A stretch of DNA of 64,000 bases from Ginglymostoma cirratum (Eukaryota), in the NCBI GenBank assembly GCA_024137785.1, contig JAHRHZ010000021.1, positions 36,801,691 through 36,865,690 of the forward strand, given 5' to 3'. The number at the start of each line of letters is the position of its first letter. The stretch's first letter is position 1. The notes beneath the pieces were generated by a model. That model was not told where the DNA came from, did not search any database, and worked only from the letters and a program-made list of their open reading frames with translations. Position numbers and translations under genes: made by a program. This document shows positions 36,417-48,830 of this stretch, one piece after another.

Positions 36417-36496
36417 CACCAAGAGTTTGCCTGAACCAGGCAGTGGGAAGAGCCAGAGAGGAAAGCGGCAGCCAACAGAACGTGAAGCCCAGTCAT
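36417..36496 (-). CDS. wnt5b: Wnt-5b, first coding exon (signal peptide MTGLHVLLAAAFLSGSSHCLVQANSWW); the whole exon is 36417-36553, including 57 nt of leader
   Basis: accATG at 36496; hydrophobic signal peptide ending in the Wnt5 ANSWW motif; donor TG|gtaagt; acceptor tttttttttctttccag at 36554-36570. Confidence 0.9.
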
Positions 36497-36734
36497 GGTG
36501 AGCCTGGCCGGGCTAAGAGCTGCATCGAGCGCTCCTCGCACTGTCACTGAGTTCTGGAAAGAAAAAAAAACAGGTAAAGGCTATCAATCAGGCTGGGTCA
36601 GTCCCTCCACAAGTCAGATTCACCTCCCTTCCTATTCTTCTTATTTCAGTCAAACGATCAAATTCTACTCTTGGCGCAGCACAAGCTGATATATCTGAGC
36701 TCCGCCTGAATCCGAGCGAATCTCTTCCAGAGAG

Positions 36735-36769
36735 TTTTTATGGAGGGTTCATCTCCTCGTTCCGATTGG
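36735..36769 (-). promoter_or_regulatory. Candidate proximal wnt5b promoter (CCAAT box plus TATA-like CATAAAAA)
   Basis: Minus-strand CCAAT at 36765-36769 followed by CATAAAAA at 36735-36742, about 180 nt upstream of the exon acceptor. Confidence 0.3.
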
Positions 36770-39700
36770 TCAGAGACTGTCACACTGAAAGGGGGAAAGC
36801 TTTTTGTTAAGCTTGGCATCTGAAAGTGAGTTTCCACATTGAAACAAAAGAACAACTTGTTGAAAGGGACATTTCCTCAATCCCATTTGTTCGTTCCCCT
36901 CAGAAACTTGGAGAGCTCTCTACTTGAGAACAACTAAAAGCTGGAATCTAACTCTGCTCAGGTCTGAGTGCGGGGGGGGGGGGGGGGGAGCGGTGGAAGA
37001 GCCATAAACAGCAGCCAGCTCCAGCACAGCTCTCCTTGTCAGCGGCTCCCGACCACCAGTGTTACCCAAACACCAAATGGCCCCAAATTGTGGGCTGTAC
37101 AAACACAAGATGCTGGGGCTGGCCGATGATCCTCCAGCAAAATACCACAGTCAGGCCAAGAAAAGCGCCGGCCCATCTGCTGAACCGTTCAACGAGCTGA
37201 ATAGAAATTTGGCGGCAATAAACTTGCGGGCCATCAAACAAGTTACTTCATACCTGTATGCTTGACGGCGTAAATATAAAAGGTCGGGCAGATGAGTCAT
37301 ATTTTTACTTGTTAAAACAAATTTTATAGAAATATGATGCACGTTAGTACCATAACTAAGCCTTTACTGGGTCTTAGACACAAGCTTCAGATGGCAGGCA
37401 CAACATCTGCATTTCATTAAACAATGAATTCATGTTAAATAAGTAAAAGACATGTAATCAATGTCTTTTTGGAGGGCTGCAGAGAGAAACGGGGTGGGTG
37501 GGGGAGCGGGGAGAGATGGTTGCTTTCCAAAACACTAGAAGCTTCAGTGATGACAAGCGGACTTGGCGACCCTGAACTAACTGGGCAGTGTTCCTGGGGC
37601 CGGATTGTGTGTATATTTCAGGGTGGGGTGTGTTCAAATGATCAAGGCGCAGACTGCAGTCCTCCTCACTCCCCAATGTACACTGCTGCAGCGCCACTCC
37701 GGAAATTACCTGGCGGCTTCGACAACACCAACACAGCCAGCAGCCGACACCCCTTCAAAAAGATCCTCGCTTCCAATCATGCTCCTGGAAATCGAGCCTA
37801 ATTCTAACGTGGTATAAAAAAGGATTTGCAGCATCCTCCGACTGACCGTGGAAGCGAAGACAAAGTATATTAAAGCGCAGACAAGACTTCGTTACAGAGG
37901 ATATATAGACATTGCAGAGGATGTATAGACAAGGCTGGCGTTTCCGCTCGCGGTCTCCCTTTTGCAAATTCAGAAGGGTTTCATTTTTTGCTAAACTTGG
38001 CGAATGATAACTGAACAGCAGTGATACAGTTATTACCAGCACCAGGAACCGTGTCAACACGTGTTCCTTTCAAGGCTTCATTTACAAGATGCTTAAAGCG
38101 GAACGCGAAGGGGAGACAGCACTGAGCAGCTCTCAGTTGAGTTCTCTGGCTCGGTCTCTCTCACCTGCAGACTGCAGAGCTAGTCCATCCACATCTCCAC
38201 CTGGCCAGCAGATGCTGACCCCACAGCCACACAGAGCGGAAAGGCTAACCTCTCAGTGGCCCAGAAATACAAAGCCACGCAAATTCCCCAAATTGCTTCC
38301 TTCATGTTCAATTCAACACTAGCAGAACCACCCGGATTGCTCAGAATATTATTATATACGATTGGTTTAAAATATGAAAAGCGAGTAAAGCATATCGTCC
38401 CGCAGCGCAAGGTCAGAAAAAGCTCAAAAGTCCACTCTAAAATATGACTCATTCTCGCCATTAACTTTTGGATGCACCAGGTTTATGTTTCTATTCTAAC
38501 CAGTTAATTGAAGATAAAATCCCTTGAAATAAACTGTAATGACGGAATGGAAACCACGTTCATTTTCTACATTAGCTTTTCACAGTAATTGCAATCGTTC
38601 GAGTGCCATTCGTGTTGTGTACCCTTTGAAATAATTGCTCTCAGCGTTTGATCAGTTAGCCCAGTCACACTACCTCTCTCGAAAATATTGTCAAACGCAC
38701 AAGAAACAAGAACATCACTGAGAGGTAGAACCGATCACCCCATTATCTCCTGCCGATTTCTTTAGCGTTCCTTTCAAATCTATAACGAAATGAGAGTTTT
38801 GAATTAAGATATATTTGTCCGTGTAGCCTGAAAATAGCTTCACACTTGGCGGGATAACACTGTCTTCTGCAGGAATCTAAAAGAATACAATCATAACAAG
38901 TCTTTAATATCTCCCAACTTTCCCCGGTCCTGCTATTAACTGCAAATAATAGTGAAATCTCCCAATAAATTGCTCCATTGTGTTAGAAAATCTGTATGTT
39001 TTTTGGGCACCTAAATTGCAGCTGGAGCCAATGTTATAATCTCAGAGGAGTAGCATATTTATTTGTGCAATTTATCCACAAGCTCATTGACATGGGCTGA
39101 TGGAAGCTCAAGGTAATTGGAATATTTACAAACTACACATAAGATCTGAGAACAATTCTTGTGTCATGATGATGTCAAATTTGCCGGCAGTATCACCAGG
39201 CAGTGCTTCGTCAATCCCATCTTAATAGGTGAACAGCAGAGTGGGAGTTAGGCCCGGGATAAGCAGAATCTGACAGGGGCAAATAGCAAAAGTGCATTTT
39301 CCAAATCCATGCCATGAGGAGAAATTTCTTCTCTCAGGGAGTCTTTGGTCTGTGGAAGAATACTGAAGACCAGGTCATTGAATATATGAGGTAAGCAAGT
39401 TTTTGATCAACAAGAGAGGCAAGAGTTATAGGGTAGGCAGGTCATCAGCCTCAATCATATTGAATGGTGGAGCAGGATCAAGGGTCTGAATGGTCTACTC
39501 CTGCTCCTAATTCACATATGGGATGCCACTTTGGCCACAATTCCATGTTTGAAGTCCCTTCAGTGTGGTTTTGAGACTCAACACAGTATTAAAATACTTA
39601 TGTGAAAGGCACAAGTTCTATTTTTATTAATTATGATATTGTAATCCATTTTCCTTCTAAATCTGTGTAGCTGTTAAAAGCATTGACCACAATGGCCCAC

Positions 39701-40177
39701 AATCAGCCATGAACACGCTTGCCTTTAACATAGAAGGAACGTCAATTATGAAGCAGCTCAAGTTGCTTTGCCTTGGCACAAGTGACCTAAGGAACTCAAT
39801 CGGCAAAATCCTGGGTCTTCAACAAATCATAACCAATTTGCTTTGTGCAAGGAAAGGCTCCAAACAGATAATGATTTCCCCACTGACCATACTCACAACT
39901 CAGTCATCACCTCACTCACTACACTCACTACTCCGATTCGGACCTTGCTTCACCACAATGTGATTTGCAACTACTGATTTATTCAAGATCACCTCATCTT
40001 GAGCTTTGGTGTCCTAGTTCCTAAATAAACTATTACCCCCTCTCATCTTTGTCACCAGACCACCATCCAACTCTGCACTGATCTTCACTTCCACAAGTAG
40101 AAAAATCCAAATGACACAGCCTTGGAAAGATATGGCAGACAACTAGTTTAGCCAGCCACCATCTGCCAGAGACTGTG

Positions 40178-40273
40178 ATAATAAGGTGTAGAGCTGGATG
40201 AACACAGCAGGCCAAGCAGCATCAGAGAAGCAGGAAGGCTGACGTTTCGGGCCTGGACCCTTCTTCAGAAAAG
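40178..40273 (-). mobile_element. Solo Penelope terminal-repeat insertion with an intact hammerhead motif (40241-40268)
   Basis: Minus strand CTGAAGAAGGGTCCAGGCCCGAAACGTC; 14-nt TSD tgccagagactgtg at 40164-40177 and 40274-40287. Confidence 0.85.
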
Positions 40274-41087
40274 TGCCAGAGACTGTGCTTTCTTTTCACT
40301 TTAAAAGTGCAGTTGTAAGTTAATTTAGGGACAGATATGGAAGGAAGTTTAATTAAAGCATGGTAGGAATGATGGATGCTAAGTGATAAAAGTAGGTGAT
40401 CAGAAATTACCTTGTCAATAATACGACTGGACAAGCAAGTGGCCATTCACCCAAGATGTGTCTGACCCCTTAAAAGACGATCAGGTTCTGCGGTGATCTG
40501 CTAAACTGTTCATTTGTCTTGGATCATTCAGGAATGCAATGACAATCTCTGGCTTCTTTTCTCTGCTGCAAACTGTCTTCTTAACTCCTTCTCCTTTGTC
40601 TTCTCCAACAATGATCAAGGAACTCATGAACTTTATTGTAACTGCAATCGAGATAACTTAATCAGCAGTCTCTGTAACATCACTCTTTAACGGGTCTGCC
40701 TGGCTATGCTTTCATAAATGCCACACTCTGCTCTAGCCCTGAACTCGAGCTTGTCTCCTTCTCTCACTTCAGCCCCTCTCCAAAGTCAGCTTGTCAATGA
40801 GTCCCACCTCCTGCTCTTCAATCCTTTATAAACTAAGCTGCTGATCACTCCACTTCCCCTCCCACCCTGACATTAGCTGATATTGCAAACTGTTTTTTCA
40901 GGTATTGTCCCTCTCGCATTTAAATTTGCAGCGATCACCTTTCTGCTAACCCACCACTTTTGTGTACTATCATGCCATTTCCAAACTCCCTTGAATCCCT
41001 CTAATCAAGTTTCTGCACCGTCACTTGACTGACTTCACCTTGTTGGTACATTTATGTAATTAATTTGTACGTATTATCAGCATATTT

Positions 41088-42316
41088 TGTGAAGTTTGCG
41101 TTAAGACAATCTTATTATTGTTGTCTTTTTAAGTGACAAATACTACAAAGTAACTTTAAGAAAGAACATATGGAATGCATTGGAGTTGTAACTATGTGTA
41201 TTTGGACACTGAACCTATCTAGCTTAGCAGGAAAGGAAAACCAAAGCTACAATTATCCAGGAAATTGGCCTCAGGATTTTATATTCCGGGAACTCCTATC
41301 AAAAGATACAAGTTATAGTTAGCAGTTAGAAAAGGCACCAAGGCTGCCAAGCTAATTGAGACTGAGGTCTAGGTGTTGGTGATACAGATTAAGACTAGCT
41401 TGTCGGTGGGAAGCTGGGAACACTATTCACATTGATCAAGAGTTGCAAATATTTGGTTCGAGGGGTATAAAAAGGGCTGCATCACTGAGGATTTTGCACT
41501 CGTCAAGTGATAACATGTCACAAGGGACAATTGACAGGAGAGAGTTGGTTCTGGGCATTTTCAAGGAAGCTGGCATTTGTACGGCAGTCAACAAATATTT
41601 GTCAAAGGTTTTCTGTAAGAACCCAGTATTAGGCTTTAGTAATTAATACAGCTGGAGGATTTCTACATTGCGATAAGGCCCAGTATCGAAATCGATGGCT
41701 CCACTACATACTGGATTGTCAGAGCTATAGTAATTGCCTAATGAGAAAGTGAATGGAAACCATATAACTACAACAAACAAGGACTCGTTTAGTCAGTTGA
41801 AGTCTAACTTGGGAGAATCACTGGTAAAGTACAATCTTTCTCATTTTGGGAAAGCTGCAGTTTTTGTGAGGAAGTTAGTTCAACCAAAGAGAAAGACAGG
41901 GAGAGAGAAAACACTCAGAAGGCAGCTGCCCAACACTACCTACAAAAGTTAAGGTAGACTGGAAGTTCAAGCCTAAGGTAGACTGGGAAATTGTGGGTTT
42001 AAAAAGGATTCACAAATCATGAAGTCTTAAGGCTACAAAATAGTTTGTATGTATGTTAGAGTTAAGTTGGCTATGCTAAAATATTGAAGTATGTTATGAG
42101 TCAAGAGAGCAGGTTCAAGGAACCAGGAAGACCCTAGTAGTCTCAAGATTCGTAAGTGTTGAGTGTGTATATTGTGCCATGCCTTGAACAATGAAATTTT
42201 AAATATCAATTCTTATTGTTCAATAAAGTTTGTTAATCTGTATTCTAAGTTTTTGATTGTCTTTTTTGCCAACAAAGTTATTCCCTAACAAAAAGTTTCT
42301 TTCTCTGGGGTTCACA
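41088..42316 (+). mobile_element. Candidate solo LTR (~1.2 kb)
   Basis: TGTGAA...TTCACA inverted termini; TATAAAA at ~41466; AATAAA at ~42222; no clean TSD. Confidence 0.45.
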
Positions 42317-42399
42317 ATAAGAATCCAAATCCCTATTCACTGTACCAAAACAGCTCTTACGTAAGACACACATAACCTTCTTTATAAACATCACAAAGG

Positions 42400-42810
42400 T
42401 TAATTTACCTTACTTATCCTTTTCAACCTATCTGCATCCATTGACATAGTTGACCATATCATCCTCTTCCAACATCTTTGCACTGCCATCCAACACGGCA
42501 GGACTGCTCTCATCTGGTTCCATAATAATATCTTGAATCACCATCAGAGAATAATTTGCAAAGGTTTATTTTCCTGCTCCAACACCCTTGCCTTTGGTAT
42601 TCTCTAAAGGTCAAACTTTGGTGAATTCCTCTTTCTCATCCATAATTTGCATCCATAATGGCATTGTTCTAAGACATGATGTGGTTTTCACATATGCACA
42701 ATGTGGTTTTCACATGTGCACTGACAGCATACAGCTCTACCTCAGCATTCCCCCTCAGTTGTCAACTTATCAGACTTCTATCTGACACCAAGTACTTGAT
42801 AAGCAGCACC
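42400..42810 (+). mobile_element. L2 RT fragment
   Basis: LSASIDIVDHIIL-like and FHMCTDSIQLYL motifs. Confidence 0.55.
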
Positions 42811-44544
42811 ACTATTTCATTCCCCTAATCAAAGTACTGGTATTGATGCATTAAAAGACCAAGGGATGGTAAAATATAGTGATGTGACCAGCAACTAAAG
42901 CCAAGGACAAGAGCTGTAAATGTGCCTGAGCTTTTAACAGATGTAGTTACTTCTGTAGGATCAGCTTCATGTCCTGCACTAACACCTCAACAGCCTTTCA
43001 TGCAGACAAGTCTGATAGCAAAGGTCCCTACTATCTCTGCGCTACACCCATTAGTGTTACAACTGCATCAGTTAGACAAAAGAATAAAAAATTGGAACAC
43101 TGAAACCTGAAAGGAAGCTCGAAGAACAGAAAGTTAAATTAGGCAAAGACATTGTCTAGAATAAAATGAGCTCTTTGGCAAGATCATTCATACATAAAAG
43201 TGCCTGTGATTTTGAGGGAAAAACTAGTAGATTATCACCACAACCACTCAGGCCTCAGACAAACATTTTGGCAGTAAATTCACCTGATACAGTAACGGAC
43301 CCTACTTCCTGGCTACTAATGAAGCAAATCACAAGGTAAATCTTAAAAAAATGCATGACCATTAAGTTCAAACCCACAACATGTCTCATTGGCATCTATC
43401 CCTTTCATAGGTAAGATCAGAAATTGAATCTCATGAATAAATTGAATATTAAATATTTGTTCTGCTAGTCTTCATGGAAGAATTTAACAAGAAAGATAAC
43501 AAATTGTAAAAGTTTACTTGGTTCATAGGAACAATCTTACCAAATGTTGGAATCACTTTCATCCAAAGCAGTTTTTCACATAATACCTAAGATCGACTTT
43601 GGCAAATTTAAACTCAAATTTAAATGCAGTTTTAAGGTATTGTTTTCCATTGTATTTTTTTCACCAGGCCTTTAGATTTTGAAAACACTATAGGTAGTTG
43701 TGAAGAGTTTGAGAAAGAATAGGATCACTCCTTACTTATTAAATTCAAATACAATCCCAAATGAAAAATGTGGAAGTAAGAAAAGAAGCTCTAGCAAAAT
43801 GTATTTTCAAATCCATTTACAGCTGCAAGTGTTTTAAGGTTCACTAATCAATAAGCTGACCAGAGCCTCAGTGCGTATGAAAAACCTGAACTGTACAAGC
43901 AACCTTTGCTTTCTGGCTAATGCCTATTGTAGTTGCCCAATCTTGTCAGGTTAAAATTGACTTGTTTCTAAACAAATTGCCAAAAACATGTACAACCTGA
44001 TGTAAAGCACCAAGCAATGATTAGATTTAAACTCAAAACTCATTTGTTACTGAAAAGTATTGACCTTCTAATACATGAATATAGTTATGGCCAATCTAAA
44101 CTTAAATGCATTGACCAACGTTGTTTCTTCATACATTTTGCGTAACAATACAATCAAATGTTGGAACTTAGCTGAGAAGACGTTGAATGGAAAAATGCTT
44201 TTCCACTGTCATTTTTCTGATATTTGTCACAACGGGACAATCAGTACTGTGAATTTAGACCATCAATTCCATCATCTGATTTTAATACCCATGACCCTCA
44301 TTGATAAAATGGTTTCACAAAGGAAGAAACATGAACCTAAAATGGCTGCAACCTGACCAGTTCAAGCCAAGGTCATGAAACGAATGTAAGAGAAAGACAG
44401 TCTGTGCCAAAGTTCACATCTTATCAACGGCACTAAAACTCAGTGATGAAACCCCTTGCGTCCAATTTTTGATTTATACATTTCTGAAAATTTCACACTT
44501 TAGGATGAAGGTTGCCAGCAGATCATCCATCTTGAAAAGCAGTC

Positions 44545-45150
44545 ACAGGAATATAGGAACAGGAGTAGGCTATTCAGCCCTTCAGGCTTGCTCCAACATT
44601 CAATGAGATCATGGCTGATCTGTGACCCAACTCCAGATATCTGCCACTAACCCATCTCCCTCAACACCTTTGCTTAGCCAAAAATGGTCTACCTCAGATT
44701 TGTAATTAACAACTGAACTGGCAGCAATCGCCGTTTGTGGAAGACAGTACCAACTGCTATCATTCTTTGTGTTCTTAAGTTCTTCCTAGCATCTCTCCTG
44801 AATGATCTGGCCTTAATTCTCATACAATGCCCCCTAGTTCTAAAATACCCAACAAGTAGAAATAGTTTATCTTTACCTATCCTGTCTTTTCCAGTTAATA
44901 TCTTGAACACTTCAAATGGAGCATCCCTTAACCTTCTAAATTCTAGAGAAACTCAGCCTAGTTTGTATAATCTCTCTCCATAACTTAACTCCTGAAATCC
45001 AGTATATGCTTTCTAAGGTATGATGCCCAGATCTGCTCACATCACTCCAGGTGAGGTCTAATCAAGAGTTGTGCAGAACATCTGCATCCTTGTACTCCAA
45101 CCTTCCAGATATAAAGGCCAGCGTTCCATGAGCTTTCTCGATTATTGATG
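44545..45150 (-). mobile_element. CR1 LINE 3' fragment
   Basis: VFKILTGKDRIGKDKLF...RTRGH; tail ataggaacaggagtaggctattcagccc. Confidence 0.7.
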
Positions 45151-46099
45151 CCAGACATGGAAATACACAAATGAACTGTATTTCAGGCAAACAACTGTAA
45201 GGTTCTTGCTCCCATATTTCTTCGTCATCAACTCAAAAGGTAAAACCAAAGGTAAGGCAAACCAAATAAATATCCATTAATGAAAATGCAAGAATTTTAC
45301 AAATTTACTACTAAAAATACTACTGCTGAGGATACATCAACTACATGTCCATGGGCTCAGGTTTAATATAATAACTCAAGATTCAAGTACTTTTAAAATT
45401 ACATATTCTTTAACTTATTATTGTACTAGGTACTCTCACCTTTTTAAACATTAAACTCACATTTGCATGTGCATTTGTTGTCATGTTTTATTATTTTTTC
45501 CAGAGTTAATCAGCATTAAAATTCCACTTTCTTTCACTCAAGAAAACCTTGTAAGTGACACCTTCATTGTGATTCAGTGAACTATGTTTTAATTGAACTG
45601 TGATATAGGTGCATGCTATAAACATTACAAATCTTTGTTGCAACAGATGGAGGAAGTTAAAAAGAGGGGAGCCAATTCAGCCCTCCTCATCTGGTCATAA
45701 TGTAATTGTTGTTTATTAAAGAAACTAAAAATGGTGTCAGTTTGAAAGAGAAGATATTCAATTCTGTAAAGATCAATAGTATCCCTGAATTTTAGGAATA
45801 TTTTATAAATGAGCATAGGATAAAGCTCCCAAGAAAGTTCCAAGCCACACACCACCCTGTCATGGAGCTGTATCATTGTTTCCTTACTGCCACTGAGTCA
45901 ATATCATGGAACTCCTTTCCTAAGAGCACTTTGAGTGTTCCTACATTCCAAGGACTTTGTGATTGAAGAAAGCAACTCACAATCACTTTCTCCAGTCAGT
46001 TAGGGATGGGCAATAAATCCTGGCTAACCAGCGACACCCATATCCTGAGTGAATGATAAAAAAATTAAAACAAAATAAAGAGAAAAAAGTTAGAATATG

Positions 46100-47310
46100 T
46101 GAGAAAATTAGCAAGAAATATAAAAACAGTTAAAACTTCTGGAGGCATTAAAAAAGAAACTGAATATCTGAAGTAAGTTTTGGGCTCTTAGGCATTGAGA
46201 ATGAGCAGCTGATATAAATGCAAACAAGAAAATAGCAGAAATTTTGAACAAGTATTTGTGGTAGAATGTACAACACTCATCCCAAGAGAAGTATAAAATC
46301 ACAAGGCAAAACAAGGAACATACAACAAATGATCACTAGAGGAAAAGTATTAGGAAAACTAGCAGAACTAAAAGTCCCTTGAACCCAATGGCCTACATCT
46401 TAGGGTATTATAGGAATTGGCTGCAGAGATAATGAATATATTGGCTGTAATTTTCCAAAATTCCCTACATTCTGGAAAGTTTCAGGGGTTTGGAAAGTTG
46501 CAAATATAACACTACTATTCAAGAAAGGATGACAACTGAAAGAACAGTTGGTCAGCTGGTCTAACTTTCTTTTTATTATTTCATGTGATGTCAGCATCAC
46601 TGGTAAGACTACATTTTCTAGCCATCCCAAACTGCATTTGAATTGAACGTTGCTACAATATTTCAGAGGTGAGTTTAGGTTTGGAGTCACACATAGGCCA
46701 GACCAGGGCAAAGAACATGAATGAAGTAGATGGGTTTTTACAACAATTGATGATGGCTGTCATGGTCACTATCACAGAGGGCAGCATGACGTTTACAAAA
46801 TCCTCATCTTCTCAGGTACATTCATCATGGGATTATGAAAGGGGAATATTATCTGATTAAAAAAAAAAGAGTTTTTTTGAGGAGTAACAAGCAGGGTTGG
46901 TAAAGGGAGATTGGTAGATGCAGTGTAATTAGATTCCCAAAAAGCATTTGAATACGTGTCACATAGAAGGGCCACTGCAGAAGGTAAGAGCTCATGATGC
47001 TCGGGGTGCAGATGGGGAGGAGGGGTGATATTTTAACATTAACAGAGGATTGGCTCATTCATAAGAACAAATTCAGGATGAAGTGGCTATTTTCAGGTTG
47101 ACAAACTGTATAGGTGAGTTGTTGCAGGGATCAGTGCTGTGGCCTTAGTTATTTATGTTTTATATTAATGACTGGATGAAGACACTGATTTTGATTGACA
47201 AGAAAGTTGAGGGTAGTACTAAAGTTGAGGCGGGAAAGTGGAGTTAAGGCCACATTCAGAGCAGACTTGATGGTCTGAAAGGGCCTATCCTGTCTCCTAT
47301 TACTTATCTC
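46100..47310 (+). mobile_element. Fragmented CR1 ORF2 remnants with a nested repeat
   Basis: WKVANITLLFKKG, FFEGVTSRVGKG, DFQKAF-like gattcccaaaaagcatttga, QGSVLWP. Confidence 0.6.
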
Positions 47311-47502
47311 TTCTAAGCAGAAATATCCTACAATTAAATATTAGGAAGACTGAAATCAGTATTTTCTGTTTCTACTCCAAATTTTGTTTCCTAATTGTCA
47401 GCTTCAATTCCCTCACTGACAGCAGTCAGTGATTAAACCAGTTCATGACACTGGCATCACACTTGTTCCCAAAAGGAGCTTGCAACCTAATACAACAAAG
47501 AT

Positions 47503-47601
47503 TTTTTCTGATGAAGGGTCTAGGCCCGAAACGTCAAGTTTTCCTGCTCCTATGATGCTGCTTGGCCTGCTGTGTTCATCCAGCCCCACGCCTTGTTATC
47601 T
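47503..47601 (+). mobile_element. Solo ~100-nt Penelope terminal-repeat insertion with an intact hammerhead motif (47508-47535)
   Basis: CTGATGAAGGGTCTAGGCCCGAAACGTC; 12-nt TSD tacaacaaagat at 47491-47502 and 47602-47613. Confidence 0.85.
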
Positions 47602-47649
47602 TACAACAAAGATGGACCCGTTTCTATGTGTGTAACAATGTCTGAATTC

Positions 47650-48270
47650 ATCCCATCTCAACTCATCAGCTGCTGAAACCTTCACCCATATCTTTGTTAC
47701 CCCTAGACTGGACTATTCTAACACAATCCTGCCCAGTCTCCCACATTCTACTGTCCATAACTTGATGTCGACCAAACTTAGCTGCATGTGCCTTAACTCA
47801 CAGCAAGTCCCATTCCGTTAACATCCCTGAAATTGTATGACTTACACTGATTCCTAGTCAAGCAATGTCTTGATTTTAAAATTCTCATGCTTGTTTTCAA
47901 ATCACTCCATAACCTTGCCCCTGCCAATCTCTATAATCTCCTCTGGTTCAGCAACTCTGACATATCCGTGCTCCTCTAATTCCGACCTATTATGCATTCT
48001 CAAATTCAATCACTCCATCATTGGTGGAGCCCTCAGATGTCTAGGTCCCAAGTTCTGGAATTCCCTCCCTACTTCTCTCTGCCTTTCTGCCTCACTTTTA
48101 TCCTTCCAGACACTCCTTAAAACCCAGCTGATCAAGCATATGGATGTTTAACCTAATGTCACCTCCTGTAGGTCAGTTTCAAACTTTGTTTTGTAATGCT
48201 CCTGTGAAGTGCCCAGAGGCATTTCATTACAGCAAAGGTGCTATATGAGTATAAGTTGTTGTTGCTGCTG
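47650..48270 (+). mobile_element. L2 LINE 3' end
   Basis: AAETFTHIFVTPRLDYSN, FKILMLVF, GPKFWNSLP; 3' end aaaggtgctatatgagtataagttgttgttg. Confidence 0.75.
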
Positions 48271-48379
48271 CTATTGGTTCAGCCACAATCTCAGTTGCCT
48301 GTCAAGCATAGCTAACCCCGACATAACTTTGTTAAACTGTTAAAATACTGTTTCCAAACTTTCCCATATATCTGAACCA

Positions 48380-48830
48380 ACACCAAGACTGCCTACTTCC
48401 ATTTCCAAGTGTCGTTTGACTGCAATCTTTCCTCAGTCCATCTCTTGCCTAAATTCTCATTCATGCCTTTGTTACTTCACAGCTTGCCAATTCCAATGCT
48501 ATCCTGGCTTACCTCCCATCTTTTCCCCTGGAGAAATTTCATTCAAAACTCTGCTGTCCACATTTCAATTTGTTTGCAAGATCATCATTTTACCACCCCT
48601 GCCCTTGTTAATGCTTACAGGCTCCCCAGCTCATTAATGTCCCAATTTTAAATTGTGACTTTCATTTTTAAATTCGTCAATGGCCATGCCCCCTCCTATC
48701 TCTGACAATTCATCCTACAAGTTTGGGAGATATCTGTACTCCTCTAATTGTGGTGCATTATACATCTTTGATATTAATCTCTCCACCACTGGTCACCATG
48801 CCTTTCAGCCACCTTGGCCCTAATTTCAAT
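48380..48830 (+). mobile_element. Diverged L2 fragment
   Basis: LIHAFVTSQL-like and FIQNSAV motifs resembling 47650-48000. Confidence 0.55.

Larger units (their letters stand above)
34850..38850. promoter_or_regulatory. CpG-enriched (island-like) 5' region of wnt5b
   Basis: CG dinucleotides are visibly much more frequent than in the flanks; few transposons; spans the first two coding exons and upstream sequence; G17 run at 36972-36988. Confidence 0.65.

Noticed and set aside
15404-36496. Calling the gene wnt5a
   Set aside because: Some residues are Wnt5a-like (YNLAD, DQFVCK), but [19 protein letters not shown], the 248-nt exon and the 359-aa length fit Wnt5b better.
37241-37260. Minus-strand ATGAAG resembling the WNT5A 'MK' first exon
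   Set aside because: Followed directly by TAA, and the available GT gives phase 2, which is incompatible with the phase-0 leader.
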